The translations under genes and the position numbers were made by a program. Source: Micromonosporaceae bacterium (GTDB lineage Bacteria; Actinomycetota; Actinomycetes; Mycobacteriales; Micromonosporaceae). From it: a stretch of DNA of 64,000 nucleotides. The notes beneath the pieces are model-generated. The model searched no databases. It saw nothing but the letters and a program-made list of their open reading frames with translations, and was not told the origin of the DNA. The DNA is taken from NCBI GenBank assembly GCA_047459215.1, contig VSBZ01000004.1, positions 6,693 to 70,692 on the forward strand, in the 5' to 3' direction. Positions 35,713 through 46,559 of the stretch are shown here, piece after piece (the first letter of the stretch is position 1; each line of letters begins with the position of its first letter).

Positions 35713-37194
35713 CCGGTCGGCGGCGCGGGCCGCTCGGGCGCGGCGGGTCAGCTCATCCGCCAGCCGCCGGGCCTCGTCCAGGTCGCGGTGCGCCGCGGTG
35801 CCGTGCGCCGAGCCGGCGGCGTCGGCGACGACGGTGGCCAGTCCCAGCAACCGCTGCAGGGGCCCCTGCACCAGCCGCACGCTCTGGATCCGCGCGTACG
35901 GGACGAGCGTCAGCTGCCGGGTCACCCAACCGTCGACGGTGGCGAACACCTCCGCGGCGCAGCCGGCGGCCAGGATCGGCTGGCGCAGCGGCGCGAGCCA
36001 CCGCGCCCGCGCCGGCGGGCGGGACAGCGGGAGCGCGGACAGGTCGGCCCCGGGCACCACGACCGGGACCAGGCGGCGGGCGGTGGCGAGGTCCCCGACC
36101 GGCAGCAGCTGGTCCACGGCGGCGACACCGTTGTGCGGGGTGGGGGAGGAGTAGCCGGCCACGCCGATGCGGACGCGCAGCCACCGCCGGTGCCGCCACA
36201 GCCGCGGCCAGACCACCGTGACGGCCTGGACGCGGTGCAGCGGCACGGTCTGGGTGCGTGTCTCGGTCAGCCCGTGCCGGATGCGCAGGCCGGCCGGCCC
36301 GTGCGGGCCCGGCTGCAGGCTGACCCGGAAGTTCCAGTCGGACAGGATCCGCCGGACCGGCTGCGACACCACGCCGACGATCGCCACGATCATGCTGGCG
36401 ACCACCACCAGCGACCAGTCGCCGGTGTCGAACACGTACTGCGCGATCACCACGGCGACCGCCACCGGCAAGAACAGGACCGGCGGCGTCAGCAGCTGGC
36501 TGACGACCACGTCCCGGTTGACCACCGAGTGCAGGTGCTGCTCCGGGACCTGCGGGGCGGTCGGAACGCCTCCGGCCGCCGGTGCGCCGGCCGGCGGCGG
36601 GCCGGCGGCCCACCCCGGCGGCGGAGGGGGCGCCTGTCCGCCGTCGGCCCCGGCCGGGGCGACCGGTGCCGGAGCCGGGTGTCCGCCGGTGCCGGGGGCG
36701 GCGCCGTCCGGACCGCCGACGCCGGCGACCGGGGCGCCGATGGCGACCGGGGCGCCCGCGCGGGTCGCGACCGCCAGCAGGCGCTCGCGCAGCGCCACCG
36801 CATCGGCGACGGTCAGGAACGCCAGCGGCGCCTCCGTCTTGCCGCCGCCCACCACCTCCAGCCGCAGCTCGGCGAGGCCGAACATGCGCGCGAGCAGCGG
36901 CTGGACCACGTCCACGGCCTGCAGCCGCTCCAGCGGGATCGTCCGGGTGCGGCGCACCAGCACCCCGTCGTAGATCCGGAGCTCCCGCCCGACCACGTGG
37001 TAGCCGGTCACCAGCCAGCTGACCGTCGAGGCGGCCACGGCCAGGCACATCACGACGAGCAGGAGGCCGACGAACCCGCCGGGGCCGAGCCGGACCGCGC
37101 CCTGGACCGAGACCGCGGCGATGATGGCCGCCAGGAACTTGGCGCCGTGCAGCAGCGGGCTGAGCGGGTGCAGCCGCTGGCGGGGCGGGTTCAC
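35152..37194 (-). CDS. YdbT-like membrane protein with three bacterial PH (bPH_2/DUF304) domains; C-terminal tail uncertain
   Basis: GTG 37194 overlaps the upstream stop (GTGA). There are three repeats of a TM pair followed by a PH-like module (RTIPLERLQAVDV...GLAELRLE; TVPLHRVQAVTV...; LVPYARIQSVRLVQGPLQRLLGLATV). The recognisable part ends near nt 35730, and the ORF continues without a stop to 35152. Confidence 0.78.
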   Translation of the reverse strand: MNPPRQRLHPLSPLLHGAKFLAAIIAAVSVQGAVRLGPGGFVGLLLVVMCLAVAASTVSWLVTGYHVVGRELRIYDGVLVRRTRTIPLERLQAVDVVQPLLARMFGLAELRLEVVGGGKTEAPLAFLTVADAVALRERLLAVATRAGAPVAIGAPVAGVGGPDGAAPGTGGHPAPAPVAPAGADGGQAPPPPPGWAAGPPPAGAPAAGGVPTAPQVPEQHLHSVVNRDVVVSQLLTPPVLFLPVAVAVVIAQYVFDTGDWSLVVVASMIVAIVGVVSQPVRRILSDWNFRVSLQPGPHGPAGLRIRHGLTETRTQTVPLHRVQAVTVVWPRLWRHRRWLRVRIGVAGYSSPTPHNGVAAVDQLLPVGDLATARRLVPVVVPGADLSALPLSRPPARARWLAPLRQPILAAGCAAEVFATVDGWVTRQLTLVPYARIQSVRLVQGPLQRLLGLATVVADAAGSAHGTAAHRDLDEARRLADELTRRARAARAADRSARRTGRSAGGGPVHRPVTGVPTNPGVTGVTPGPGVAGVAADLTVAGTVTHPGPAGAATEPGPAGAATEPGPAAAAEEAVGGRAHHAVAGSADHAPDGGTADRAAHPVVTGAGGPLARPPAFHGPDHQERQPHVRPAGQDVDHPVLTGVDQGEGHGQRVGEQQRPPTAGHGADEEHHDEQRERGVQ
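35494..35547. repeat. Perfect 27-bp tandem repeat (x2, plus a degenerate third unit)
   Basis: CGCGGGGCCGGGCTCCGTGGCGGCGCC occurs at 35494-35520 and 35521-35547. It is in frame on both strands (GAGLRGGAx on plus, PGPAGAATE on minus). Confidence 0.9.
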
Positions 37195-37733
37195 AGGCCC
37201 TCCCCGAGGTCCTCCCCGAGCGCGGTGAGCCGGTCGCGCAGGCGCGCCGCCTCCGCCGGCGGAAGCCCCGGCACCCGGGCGTCGGTGGCCGCCGCGGCGG
37301 TGTGCAGCTGCACCGTGGCCAGCCCGAACAGGCGCTCCAGCGGCCCGGCGGTCACGTCCACGAACTGCATCCGCGCGTACGGGACGATGGACAGGCGGCG
37401 GACCAGGACCCCGTGCCGCACCAACAGGTCCCGTTCGCGCTCGGCGTACCCCCAGGCGAGCACCGCCCGCACCGTCGCCACCGCCCGCAGCGCGCCGTAG
37501 CCGGCCAGCACCAGCAGCGTCTGGGTGACGTACGGCCAGCCGAGCGCCCCGGCGACCAGCACCACCAGCAGCAGGGCGGTCAACCGCGCCGCCAGGCGGA
37601 TGAGCTCCACCGGGATGAGCAGCCGGGAGACGCTGCGCCAGGCCACGGTGTGCGGCCACGGGTCCAGGGGGCTGACCGCCGGCCGGGGAGGGCGCGGCGG
37701 CGCGCCGGGAGCGGGGCTGAGGTCGGTCACCAT
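37191..37733 (-). CDS. YdbS-like PH domain-containing membrane protein (bPH_2)
   Basis: 180 aa. A TM pair followed by LSIVPYARMQFVDVTAGPLERLFGLATVQLHTA. Confidence 0.8.
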   Translation of the reverse strand: MVTDLSPAPGAPPRPPRPAVSPLDPWPHTVAWRSVSRLLIPVELIRLAARLTALLLVVLVAGALGWPYVTQTLLVLAGYGALRAVATVRAVLAWGYAERERDLLVRHGVLVRRLSIVPYARMQFVDVTAGPLERLFGLATVQLHTAAAATDARVPGLPPAEAARLRDRLTALGEDLGEGL

Positions 37734-37739
37734 TCGACC

Positions 37740-37973
37740 CTAGCCATCAGGCAACGGCTCGGCCTCCCGCAGGAACCCGCGGGTCTGCAGGAAGCCGGTG
37801 AGGTACTCGCGGTGCTCGTCGCACGCCAGCCAGGTCTTGCGCCGCTCGGGAGCGTGCAGCTTGGGGTTGTTCCAGTGCAGCGCCCACGTGGCGGGGCGGC
37901 GGCACCCCCGGGCCGAGCAGATCGGCGCCTCGGGACCGGGCCGGCCGGCGTCGTCGGGCACGCGCCACAGCAT
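37740..37973 (-). CDS. Small conserved Cys/His protein (77 aa, possible zinc-binding)
   Basis: ATG 37973. MLWRVPDDAGRPGPEAPICSARGCRRPATWALHWNNPKLHAPERRKTWLACDEHREYLTGFLQTRGFL has a CX4C...CX2H arrangement. The rest of ORF 37740..38540 looks non-coding. Confidence 0.55.
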   Translation of the reverse strand: MLWRVPDDAGRPGPEAPICSARGCRRPATWALHWNNPKLHAPERRKTWLACDEHREYLTGFLQTRGFLREAEPLPDG

Positions 37974-38289
37974 AGGACCGGCGGTCGGCGCGGGCCGCGG
38001 GCAGGTCGCCGGGGGCGTCACCGGCGCCGAACATGCGAGCGCCGGGCGGCCACGGGGGAAGCCGCCCGGCGATGCACGCATCCTAACCACGCCCCCCGGG
38101 CGGGTGTCTACCCACCGACCGTGGCCGTTCGGACGGTTCCCGGCAGCCGTTCGGTGGGTCCGGGACGGCGGCACGACCACGCGCGCCGCCGGCGGATTCC
38201 CGTAACCGGCCCACGGCGCTGCCGTGCCGTGCCACGCTGATACGAGCCGGCCGTCGCAGGGCGGCGTCGGGAGGCCGTCAGGAGGGGGC

Positions 38290-39459
38290 ATGGAGACGAC
38301 CACACCCGCCCGCGATGCGACCCTGCTGGAACGGGCGCTGTTCGAGGTGAAGCGGGTCATCGTGGGCCAGGACGCGCTCGTGGAGCGGATGCTGGTGGCC
38401 CTGCTCGCCCGCGGCCACTGCCTGCTGGAGGGGGTCCCCGGCGTGGCCAAGACCCTGGCCGTGCAGACCCTGGCCACGGTCACCGGCGGCAGCTTCGCCC
38501 GGGTGCAGTTCACCCCGGACCTGATGCCGGCCGACCTCATCGGGACGCGGATCTACCGGCAGTCGCGGGAGGAGTTCGACGTCGAGCTCGGACCGGTGTT
38601 CGTCAACTTCCTGCTGGCCGACGAGATCAACCGGGCGCCGGCCAAGGTGCAGTCGGCGCTGCTGGAAGTGATGGCCGAGCGACAGGTGTCCCTCGGCGGG
38701 CGCAGCTACCCGGTGCCCAACCCGTTCCTGGTCATGGCGACCCAGAACCCGATCGAGCAGGAGGGCGTCTACCTGCTGCCCGAGGCGCAGCGGGACCGCT
38801 TCCTGTTGAAGATCGTTGTCGACTACCCGTCCGAGGCCGAGGAGCGGGAGATCATCTACCGGATGGCGGTCACGCCGCCGCAGCCGCAGCAGGTGCTCGA
38901 CCCGGAGCAGCTGGTACGCCTGCAGGCCCGGGCCGACCGGGTGTTCGTCCACCACGCGCTGGTGGACTACGCCGTACGGCTGGTCCTGGCGACCCGGGAC
39001 CCGGCCGGCCACGGCCTGCCCGACCTGGCGGGTCTCATCCAGTACGGCGCCAGCCCACGCGCCTCCCTCGGCCTGGTGCGGGCCGCCCGGGCGCTGGCGA
39101 CGCTCCGCGGCCGGGACTACGCCCTGCCCGACGACGTCACCGACGTCGCCGCCGACGTGCTCCGGCACCGGTTGCTGCTGTCCTACGAGGCCATGGCCGA
39201 CAACGTGGGGGCCGACGAGCTGGTCGACCGGATCGTGGCCGCGGTGCCCCCGCCCACCGTGGCCCCGCGCCAGAGCGCGACCGGTCGCTCCGCCGCCCCG
39301 CCCGCCTCCGACGGGAGGCCCGCGTTCGGGACCGACGGCGCGAGGGCCGGTACGACCGGCGGGCTGCCGGGGCCGGACGGCGTTCCGGCGCCCGGGCCGA
39401 ACGGCGTGGTCGGCCGGGTCCCGGCGACGGGGACGTGGCGTCCGGACCGGAAGCCGTGA
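38290..39459 (+). CDS. moxR: MoxR family AAA+ ATPase (copy 1)
   Basis: ATG 38290 preceded by GGAGGGGG. Walker A LLEGVPGVAKT, Walker B LLADEINRAPAKVQSALLE, VMATQNPIEQEG, and a Pro/Gly-rich C-terminal tail. Confidence 0.95.
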   Translation: METTTPARDATLLERALFEVKRVIVGQDALVERMLVALLARGHCLLEGVPGVAKTLAVQTLATVTGGSFARVQFTPDLMPADLIGTRIYRQSREEFDVELGPVFVNFLLADEINRAPAKVQSALLEVMAERQVSLGGRSYPVPNPFLVMATQNPIEQEGVYLLPEAQRDRFLLKIVVDYPSEAEEREIIYRMAVTPPQPQQVLDPEQLVRLQARADRVFVHHALVDYAVRLVLATRDPAGHGLPDLAGLIQYGASPRASLGLVRAARALATLRGRDYALPDDVTDVAADVLRHRLLLSYEAMADNVGADELVDRIVAAVPPPTVAPRQSATGRSAAPPASDGRPAFGTDGARAGTTGGLPGPDGVPAPGPNGVVGRVPATGTWRPDRKP

Positions 39460-40513
39460 GCGGCGCACCCGAGGCGGTCCTCAGCCGGCTGCAGCTGCTG
39501 GTCACGCGGCGCCTGGACGGGCTGCTGCACGGCGACCACCTCGGCCTGCTGCCGGGGCCGGGAAGCGAGGCGGGGGGGTCGCGCGAGTACCGGCACGGGG
39601 ATGACGTGCGGCGGATGGACTGGCCGGGGACCGCCCGCACGACCGTGCCGCACGTCCGCCAGACCGAGGCCGACCGGGAGCTGGAGACGTGGCTGGCCGT
39701 GGACGCCTCGGCGAGCCTGGACTTCGGCACCGCCGGCATGCTCAAGCGTGACCTGGCGCTGGCCGCCGCCGCGGCGGTCACCCACCTGACCGTGCGCGGC
39801 GGCAACCGGGTCGGCGCGCTCGTCGCCACCGGCGGCGCGCCGCCCAGGGTGGTGCCCGCCCGCCCGGGCCGCCGCGCCGCCCAGGCCCTGCTGCGCGTGG
39901 TCGCCACCGCCGAGGTACGCCCCGGCGAGGTGGACCTCGGTGACCTGGTGGAACGGTTGCACCGGACCGCCCGGCGCCGCGGCCTGGCGGTGGTGATCTC
40001 CGACTTTCTCAGCCCGCCGCCCCGGTGGGAGCGGCCGCTGCGGATGCTCGCCGCCCGGCACGACGTGCTCGCCGTGGAGGTGCTCGACCCCCGCGAGCTG
40101 GAGCTGCCGGACGTCGGCGTGCTGGAGGTGGTGGACCCGGAGACCGGCGTCGTGCACGAGGTCGACACCGGCGACCCGCGCCTGCGCGAGCGGTACGCCA
40201 CCGAGGCGGCGCGGCAGCGCGACGGGGTCGCCGCCGCGCTGCGCGCGGCGGGCGCCTCCCACCTGCGGCTGCGCACCGACACCGACTGGCTCAGGGAGAT
40301 CGTGCGGCACTGCGTCGCCCGGCGCCGTGTCCGCGGCGCCGTCCGACCCGCGGGCACCCGTACCGCCGCACCCGCCCGCCCGGCGGGCCACGCTCCCCGT
40401 ACCACCGGCCACGCGGCCCGGGCCCGCGGGCAGGCGGCCGGCACCGCCGGGCGGGCCACCGGTACCCCGGGGAGCGCCGGCGCGACCGGTGCGCACACCG
40501 CGGGGAGGTGGCC

Positions 40514-40517
<4 letters not shown>
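39456..40517 (+). CDS. DUF58 domain-containing protein (copy 1)
   Basis: GTG 39456 overlaps the moxR stop (GTGA). G(S)REYRHGDDVRRMDW is the DUF58 hallmark, followed by a VWA-like fold. Confidence 0.9.
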
Positions 40518-42257
<1,740 letters not shown>

Positions 42258-42271
42258 GGAGGGAGAAGGCC

Positions 42272-43036
42272 GTGGGCATGCTGGCCGGCAAGCGGGTTCT
42301 CGTCACCGGAGTCATCACCGAGCAGTCGATCGCGTTCGCGGTGGCGCGCCTGGCCCAGGAGAACGGCGCGCGGGTGGTGCTCACCGGCTACGGTCGCATG
42401 TCGCTGGTCGAGCGGATCGCCAAGCGGCTGCCCGAGCCGCCGCCGGTCATCGAGCTCGACGTCACCAACGAGGACCACCTGGCGGCGCTGGCCGACAACG
42501 TGCGGGCGCACGTCGACGGGCTGGACGGAGTGGTCCACGCGATCGCCTACGGGCCGCCCAGCACGCTCGGCGGTGGGTTCCTGGAGGCGCCGTGGCCCGA
42601 CGTCGCCACCGCCCTGCACGTGTCCACGTACTCGTACAAGGCGCTGGCCATGGCCGTGCTGCCGCTGATGTCGCCGGGCAGCGCCCTGGTGGGGCTCACC
42701 TTCGACGCCACCGTGGCGTGGCCGGTGTACGACTGGATGGGCGTGGCCAAGGCCGGTCTGGAGGCCACCTCCCGGTACCTGGCCCGCTACCTCGGTCCCC
42801 GCGGCATCCGCAGCAACCTGGTGTCCGCCGGCCCGTTGCGGACCATGGCCGCCCGGTCGATCCCCGGCTTCGAGAAGTTCGAGGAGACGTGGCAGCAGCG
42901 GGCGCCGCTGGGCTGGAACCTGGCCGACACCACGCCGGCCGCCCGCGCGTGCGTGGCGCTGCTGTCGGACTGGTTCCCGGCCACCACCGGGGAGATCGTG
43001 CACGTCGACGGCGGGTTCCACGCGGTCGGCGCCTGA
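42272..43036 (+). CDS. inhA: NADH-dependent enoyl-ACP reductase (InhA/FabI)
   Basis: 254 aa. KRVLVTGVITEQSIAF, HAIAYGP and MGVAKAGLEATSRYLA (Y...K catalytic pair). AGGAGGGAGAA lies upstream of the GTG at 42272. Confidence 0.92.
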   Translation: MGMLAGKRVLVTGVITEQSIAFAVARLAQENGARVVLTGYGRMSLVERIAKRLPEPPPVIELDVTNEDHLAALADNVRAHVDGLDGVVHAIAYGPPSTLGGGFLEAPWPDVATALHVSTYSYKALAMAVLPLMSPGSALVGLTFDATVAWPVYDWMGVAKAGLEATSRYLARYLGPRGIRSNLVSAGPLRTMAARSIPGFEKFEETWQQRAPLGWNLADTTPAARACVALLSDWFPATTGEIVHVDGGFHAVGA

Positions 43037-43185
43037 GCGGGCCGCGCCCCCGCCCGGCCGCCGCCCCGCCCGGCCGCCCCGGCCAGTGCCGGAACCGGCC
43101 GGCGCCTGGGCCGCCGCGGGTGGCCCCGCCCACCCGCCGCCGGCGGCCGGGACGCCGCTGACGGCGGGTCTGGCACGATGAGCCC

Positions 43186-44229
43186 GTGGCCTTCGACGCG
43201 TTCCTGCTGGTGTCGTTCGGCGGGCCGGAGCGCCCCGCCGACGTGATGCCCTTCCTCCAGAACGTCACCCGCGGCCGCGGCGTGCCGCCGGAGCGGCTGG
43301 CCGAGGTGGCCGAGCACTACCACCGCATGGGCGGGGTGTCCCCGATCAACGACCAGTGCCGGGCCCTGCTCGACGCGTTGCGGACCGAGTTCGCCGCCGC
43401 CGGGATCGACCTGCCGCTGTACTGGGGGAACCGGAACTGGCACCCGTTGCTCGCCGACACGCTGGCGGCGATGCGCGATGACGGCGTCACCCGGGCCGTG
43501 GCGTTCGTGACCAGCGCCTACGGCTCGTACTCCTCCTGCCGGCAGTACCTGGAGGACATCGCCACCGCCCGGGCGGCGGTCGGCCCGCGCGCGCCCGCGG
43601 TGGTCAAGCTGCGCCACTACCACGACCACCCCGGGTTCATCGCCGCCCACGTCGACGCGGTACGGCAGGCGCGGGCGAAGCTGCCGCCGCTGCCGCCGGG
43701 CCGGCTGCGGCTGGTGTTCACCGCCCACTCCATCCCGGTGTCCATGGCCCGGACCGCCGGCCCCGAGGGCGGCAGGTACGAGGCGCAGCTGAAGGAGACC
43801 GCCTCCCTGGTGGCCGCCGAGGCCGCCCCGGACCTGCCCTGGGACCTGGTGTGGCAGAGCCGGTCCGGCCCGCCGCAGGTGCCGTGGCTGGAGCCGGACG
43901 TCAACGACCACCTGGAGACGCTGGCCGGACAGGGCGTGCAGGGCGTCCTCGTGAGCCCGATCGGGTTCACCTCCGACCACCTGGAGGTGCTGTGGGACCT
44001 CGACACCGAGGCCGCGGACACCGCCAAGCGCCTCGGGTTGGAGTTCGTCCGGGCCGCCACCCCCGGCGTGCACCCGCGGTTCGTGTCGATGATCCGGGAG
44101 CTGGTGCAGGAGCGGATCGCCGCCGAGACACCCGGCGCCGCCCCGGCGCGCGCGAAGCTGGGCCGCGTGCCGGTGTGGGACGCCTGTCCGGACACCTGCT
44201 GCCCGAGCCCGCGCCGGAGCCGAGGGTGA
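43186..44229 (+). CDS. hemH: Ferrochelatase (actinobacterial coproporphyrin ferrochelatase type with C-terminal Cys cluster)
   Basis: AFLLVSFGGPE, SPIGFTSDHLEV and a C-terminal WDACPDTCCP Cys cluster, as in [2Fe-2S]-containing actinobacterial enzymes. Its position after fabG-inhA matches hemZ of M. tuberculosis. Confidence 0.92.
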   Translation: MAFDAFLLVSFGGPERPADVMPFLQNVTRGRGVPPERLAEVAEHYHRMGGVSPINDQCRALLDALRTEFAAAGIDLPLYWGNRNWHPLLADTLAAMRDDGVTRAVAFVTSAYGSYSSCRQYLEDIATARAAVGPRAPAVVKLRHYHDHPGFIAAHVDAVRQARAKLPPLPPGRLRLVFTAHSIPVSMARTAGPEGGRYEAQLKETASLVAAEAAPDLPWDLVWQSRSGPPQVPWLEPDVNDHLETLAGQGVQGVLVSPIGFTSDHLEVLWDLDTEAADTAKRLGLEFVRAATPGVHPRFVSMIRELVQERIAAETPGAAPARAKLGRVPVWDACPDTCCPSPRRSRG

Positions 44230-45005
44230 CCAACCGGAGACCGGTGGCCAGCTGGCTGACCGACATGGACGGTGTGCTGGTCCGGGAGGGCCGCGCCATC
44301 CCGGGGGCGCCGGAGTTCGTCGCCCGGCTGCGCGCGTCCGGCAAGCCGTTCCTCGTGCTCACCAACAACTCCAGGTACACACCCCGGGACCTGCGGGCGC
44401 GGCTGGCCCGGGCCGGGTTCGACGTGCCCGTCGAGGCGATCTGGACCTCGGCCCTGGCGACCGCCCAGTTCCTCCACGACCAGCGGCCGGGCGGCACCGC
44501 GTACGTCATCGGCGAGGCGGGCCTCACCACTGCCCTGCACGAGATCGGCTACGTGCTGACCGACGACGACCCCGACTACGTGGTGCTCGGCGAGACCCGC
44601 ACCTACAGCTTCGAGGCGATCACCCGGGCGGTGCGGCTCATCGACAAGGGCGCCCGCTTCATCTGCACCAACCCCGACGCCACCGGCCCGTCGAGCGAGG
44701 GCGCGCTGCCGGCGGCCGGGTCGGTCGCCGCGATGATCTCCAAGGCGACCGGGGTGGAGCCGTACTTCGTCGGGAAGCCGAACCCGATGATGATGCGCTC
44801 GGCGCTCAACACCATCGCCGCCCACTCGGAGTCCACCGCAATGGTGGGCGACCGCATGGACACCGACATCCTGTGCGGCCTGGAGGCCGGGCTGGAGACG
44901 ATCCTCGTCCTGACCGGGATCAGCACCCGCGCCGACGCGGAGCGCTACCCGTACCGGCCGAGCCGGGTCGTGGAGTCGGTGGCCGACCTGATCGACGAGG
45001 TGTGA
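44226..45005 (+). CDS. HAD-IIA family hydrolase
   Basis: GTG 44226 overlaps the hemH stop. WLTDMDGVL (DxD nucleophile motif), LTNNS and GDRMDTDI. Confidence 0.88.
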   Translation: MTNRRPVASWLTDMDGVLVREGRAIPGAPEFVARLRASGKPFLVLTNNSRYTPRDLRARLARAGFDVPVEAIWTSALATAQFLHDQRPGGTAYVIGEAGLTTALHEIGYVLTDDDPDYVVLGETRTYSFEAITRAVRLIDKGARFICTNPDATGPSSEGALPAAGSVAAMISKATGVEPYFVGKPNPMMMRSALNTIAAHSESTAMVGDRMDTDILCGLEAGLETILVLTGISTRADAERYPYRPSRVVESVADLIDEV

Positions 45006-45065
45006 CCGGACCGACCGGCCGGACCGACGAGGCGTGACCGCGGGCCGTGGGTCGGGGGACGGGCG

Positions 45066-45845
45066 TCACGGGACCGGCGCGTTGCAGGCGGCCACCATGG
45101 CGCGTCGGCAGGCGGCCAGCAGCGGCCGCAGCGCCTCGTCGCGCTGCCGCGCCTCGTACGAGGTGACCGCGCCGCCCGGGCTGGTGTCGTCGGCCAGCGC
45201 GAGCAGGCGGTCGAGCATGCTCGCCCGCGCGTACAGCCGCCGGGCGCGCGGGTTGAACACCGGCGGCAGCTCGTCGGCGCCGTCGTGGTTGCGCAGGGCG
45301 GCCAGCGCGCCGGCCAGCTCGGGCCGCCACTGGGCCACGTCCAGGGCGGTCAGTCGGGTGGTGGCCTCGGCGAGGGCGGCCGACAGCTCCGCCTCCGCCT
45401 CTGCCGGTGACGTGGTCGGCTCCGCACCGGGTGGCTGCGGGGGCAGCGGGTACGTCCACCACACCACGCTGAAGAAGGCGTCACCGGAGCCGGAGACGTG
45501 GGTGCGGACCTCCGGTACCAGGCCGCAGGCGCCGGCGATGACGCCCTCCCCGCACGCCAGCGCCCGGCCGGTGAACGGGGTGCCCGGTCCGGGCAGGCCG
45601 CGCGGGTCGCCGGGGACGGGCAGCACCAGCCGCACCTGGTCGGGGTGCAGGCCCGACAGCCCCGCCAGGGCCTCCCGCAGCGGGCGTTCGTGCCCGGGGT
45701 CCGTGGCGTCGCAGACGACGTGGTCCTCCGTGGCCTCGATCTCGTCGGCGACGTCGTCGTACGGGATCAGGCCCGCCCGCCAGGCGCGCACCCACGCGAC
45801 GAACCTGGCGGACCGCCGCGTGCGCTCGCCCATGACGCGGGTCAT
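45066..45845 (-). CDS. Conserved hypothetical protein
   Basis: 259-aa ORF with normal amino-acid composition and no recognisable motif. Its position (opposite strand, between the HAD and NfeD genes) matches the hypothetical gene Rv1486c in the M. tuberculosis order. An alternative start is at 45833. Confidence 0.6.
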   Translation of the reverse strand: MTRVMGERTRRSARFVAWVRAWRAGLIPYDDVADEIEATEDHVVCDATDPGHERPLREALAGLSGLHPDQVRLVLPVPGDPRGLPGPGTPFTGRALACGEGVIAGACGLVPEVRTHVSGSGDAFFSVVWWTYPLPPQPPGAEPTTSPAEAEAELSAALAEATTRLTALDVAQWRPELAGALAALRNHDGADELPPVFNPRARRLYARASMLDRLLALADDTSPGGAVTSYEARQRDEALRPLLAACRRAMVAACNAPVP

Positions 45846-46002
45846 GCGGTAAGGGTACGTGTGATGGCACGGTCACGGGGGCGTCGCGGGCGCGAGGAAT
45901 CCGACCGGGACCCGGCGAGGATTCCGCCCCGGATGCGGTCGAGACCGGGGCACGCCGGCTCGGCGGTTCGCGCGGATCGGCCGAACGTGACACGATCGTG
46001 GT

Positions 46003-46476
46003 GTGGTAGCGGCGCTGTTGTGGATCCTGCTGGGCATCGCGTTCGTGGTCGCCGAGGTCTTCACCGCCACGTTCGTGTTGGTCATGCTCGCCGGAGGGGC
46101 GTTCGCCGCCGCGGTCGCGGCCGCGGTCGGCGCCCCGCTCCTGGTGCAGGCGATCGTGTTCGCCGGGGTCAGCGCCCTGTCCGTGTGGCTGCTGCGCCCG
46201 CTGGTGCGTCGCCGGATGCTCGGCGGCCCCGACGCGACACCGAGCGGGGTCGAGGCCCTGGAGGGCGCCGCGGGCGAGGTCGTGGAGCAGGTGACCGCGA
46301 CCTCCGGACTGGTGAAGGTGGAGGGTGAGCTGTGGAGCGCCCGCTCCTTCGACGCCGCTCAGGTCATCGCGCCCGGTGAGCGGATCCGGGTCGTGGAGGT
46401 GCGGGGGGCCACCGCGATGGTGTGGCGCGACGAGTTCGGCGACATCTCCCCGGGCGGGGGGCGGCCGGCGGCGTGA
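46003..46476 (+). CDS. NfeD family protein
   Basis: Two or three N-terminal TM helices and a C-terminal OB-fold segment (GLVKVEGELWSARS...GERIRVVEVRGATAMV). It lies upstream of an SPFH gene. Confidence 0.85.
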   Translation: MVAALLWILLGIAFVVAEVFTATFVLVMLAGGAFAAAVAAAVGAPLLVQAIVFAGVSALSVWLLRPLVRRRMLGGPDATPSGVEALEGAAGEVVEQVTATSGLVKVEGELWSARSFDAAQVIAPGERIRVVEVRGATAMVWRDEFGDISPGGGRPAA

Positions 46477-46559
46477 GCGCGCGGGGGAGCGCGGCTGACC
46501 GCGCCGACAGACATGACAGGTAACCGGGAGACGGACAGGTTCCGGGAGGCGGAAGCATC

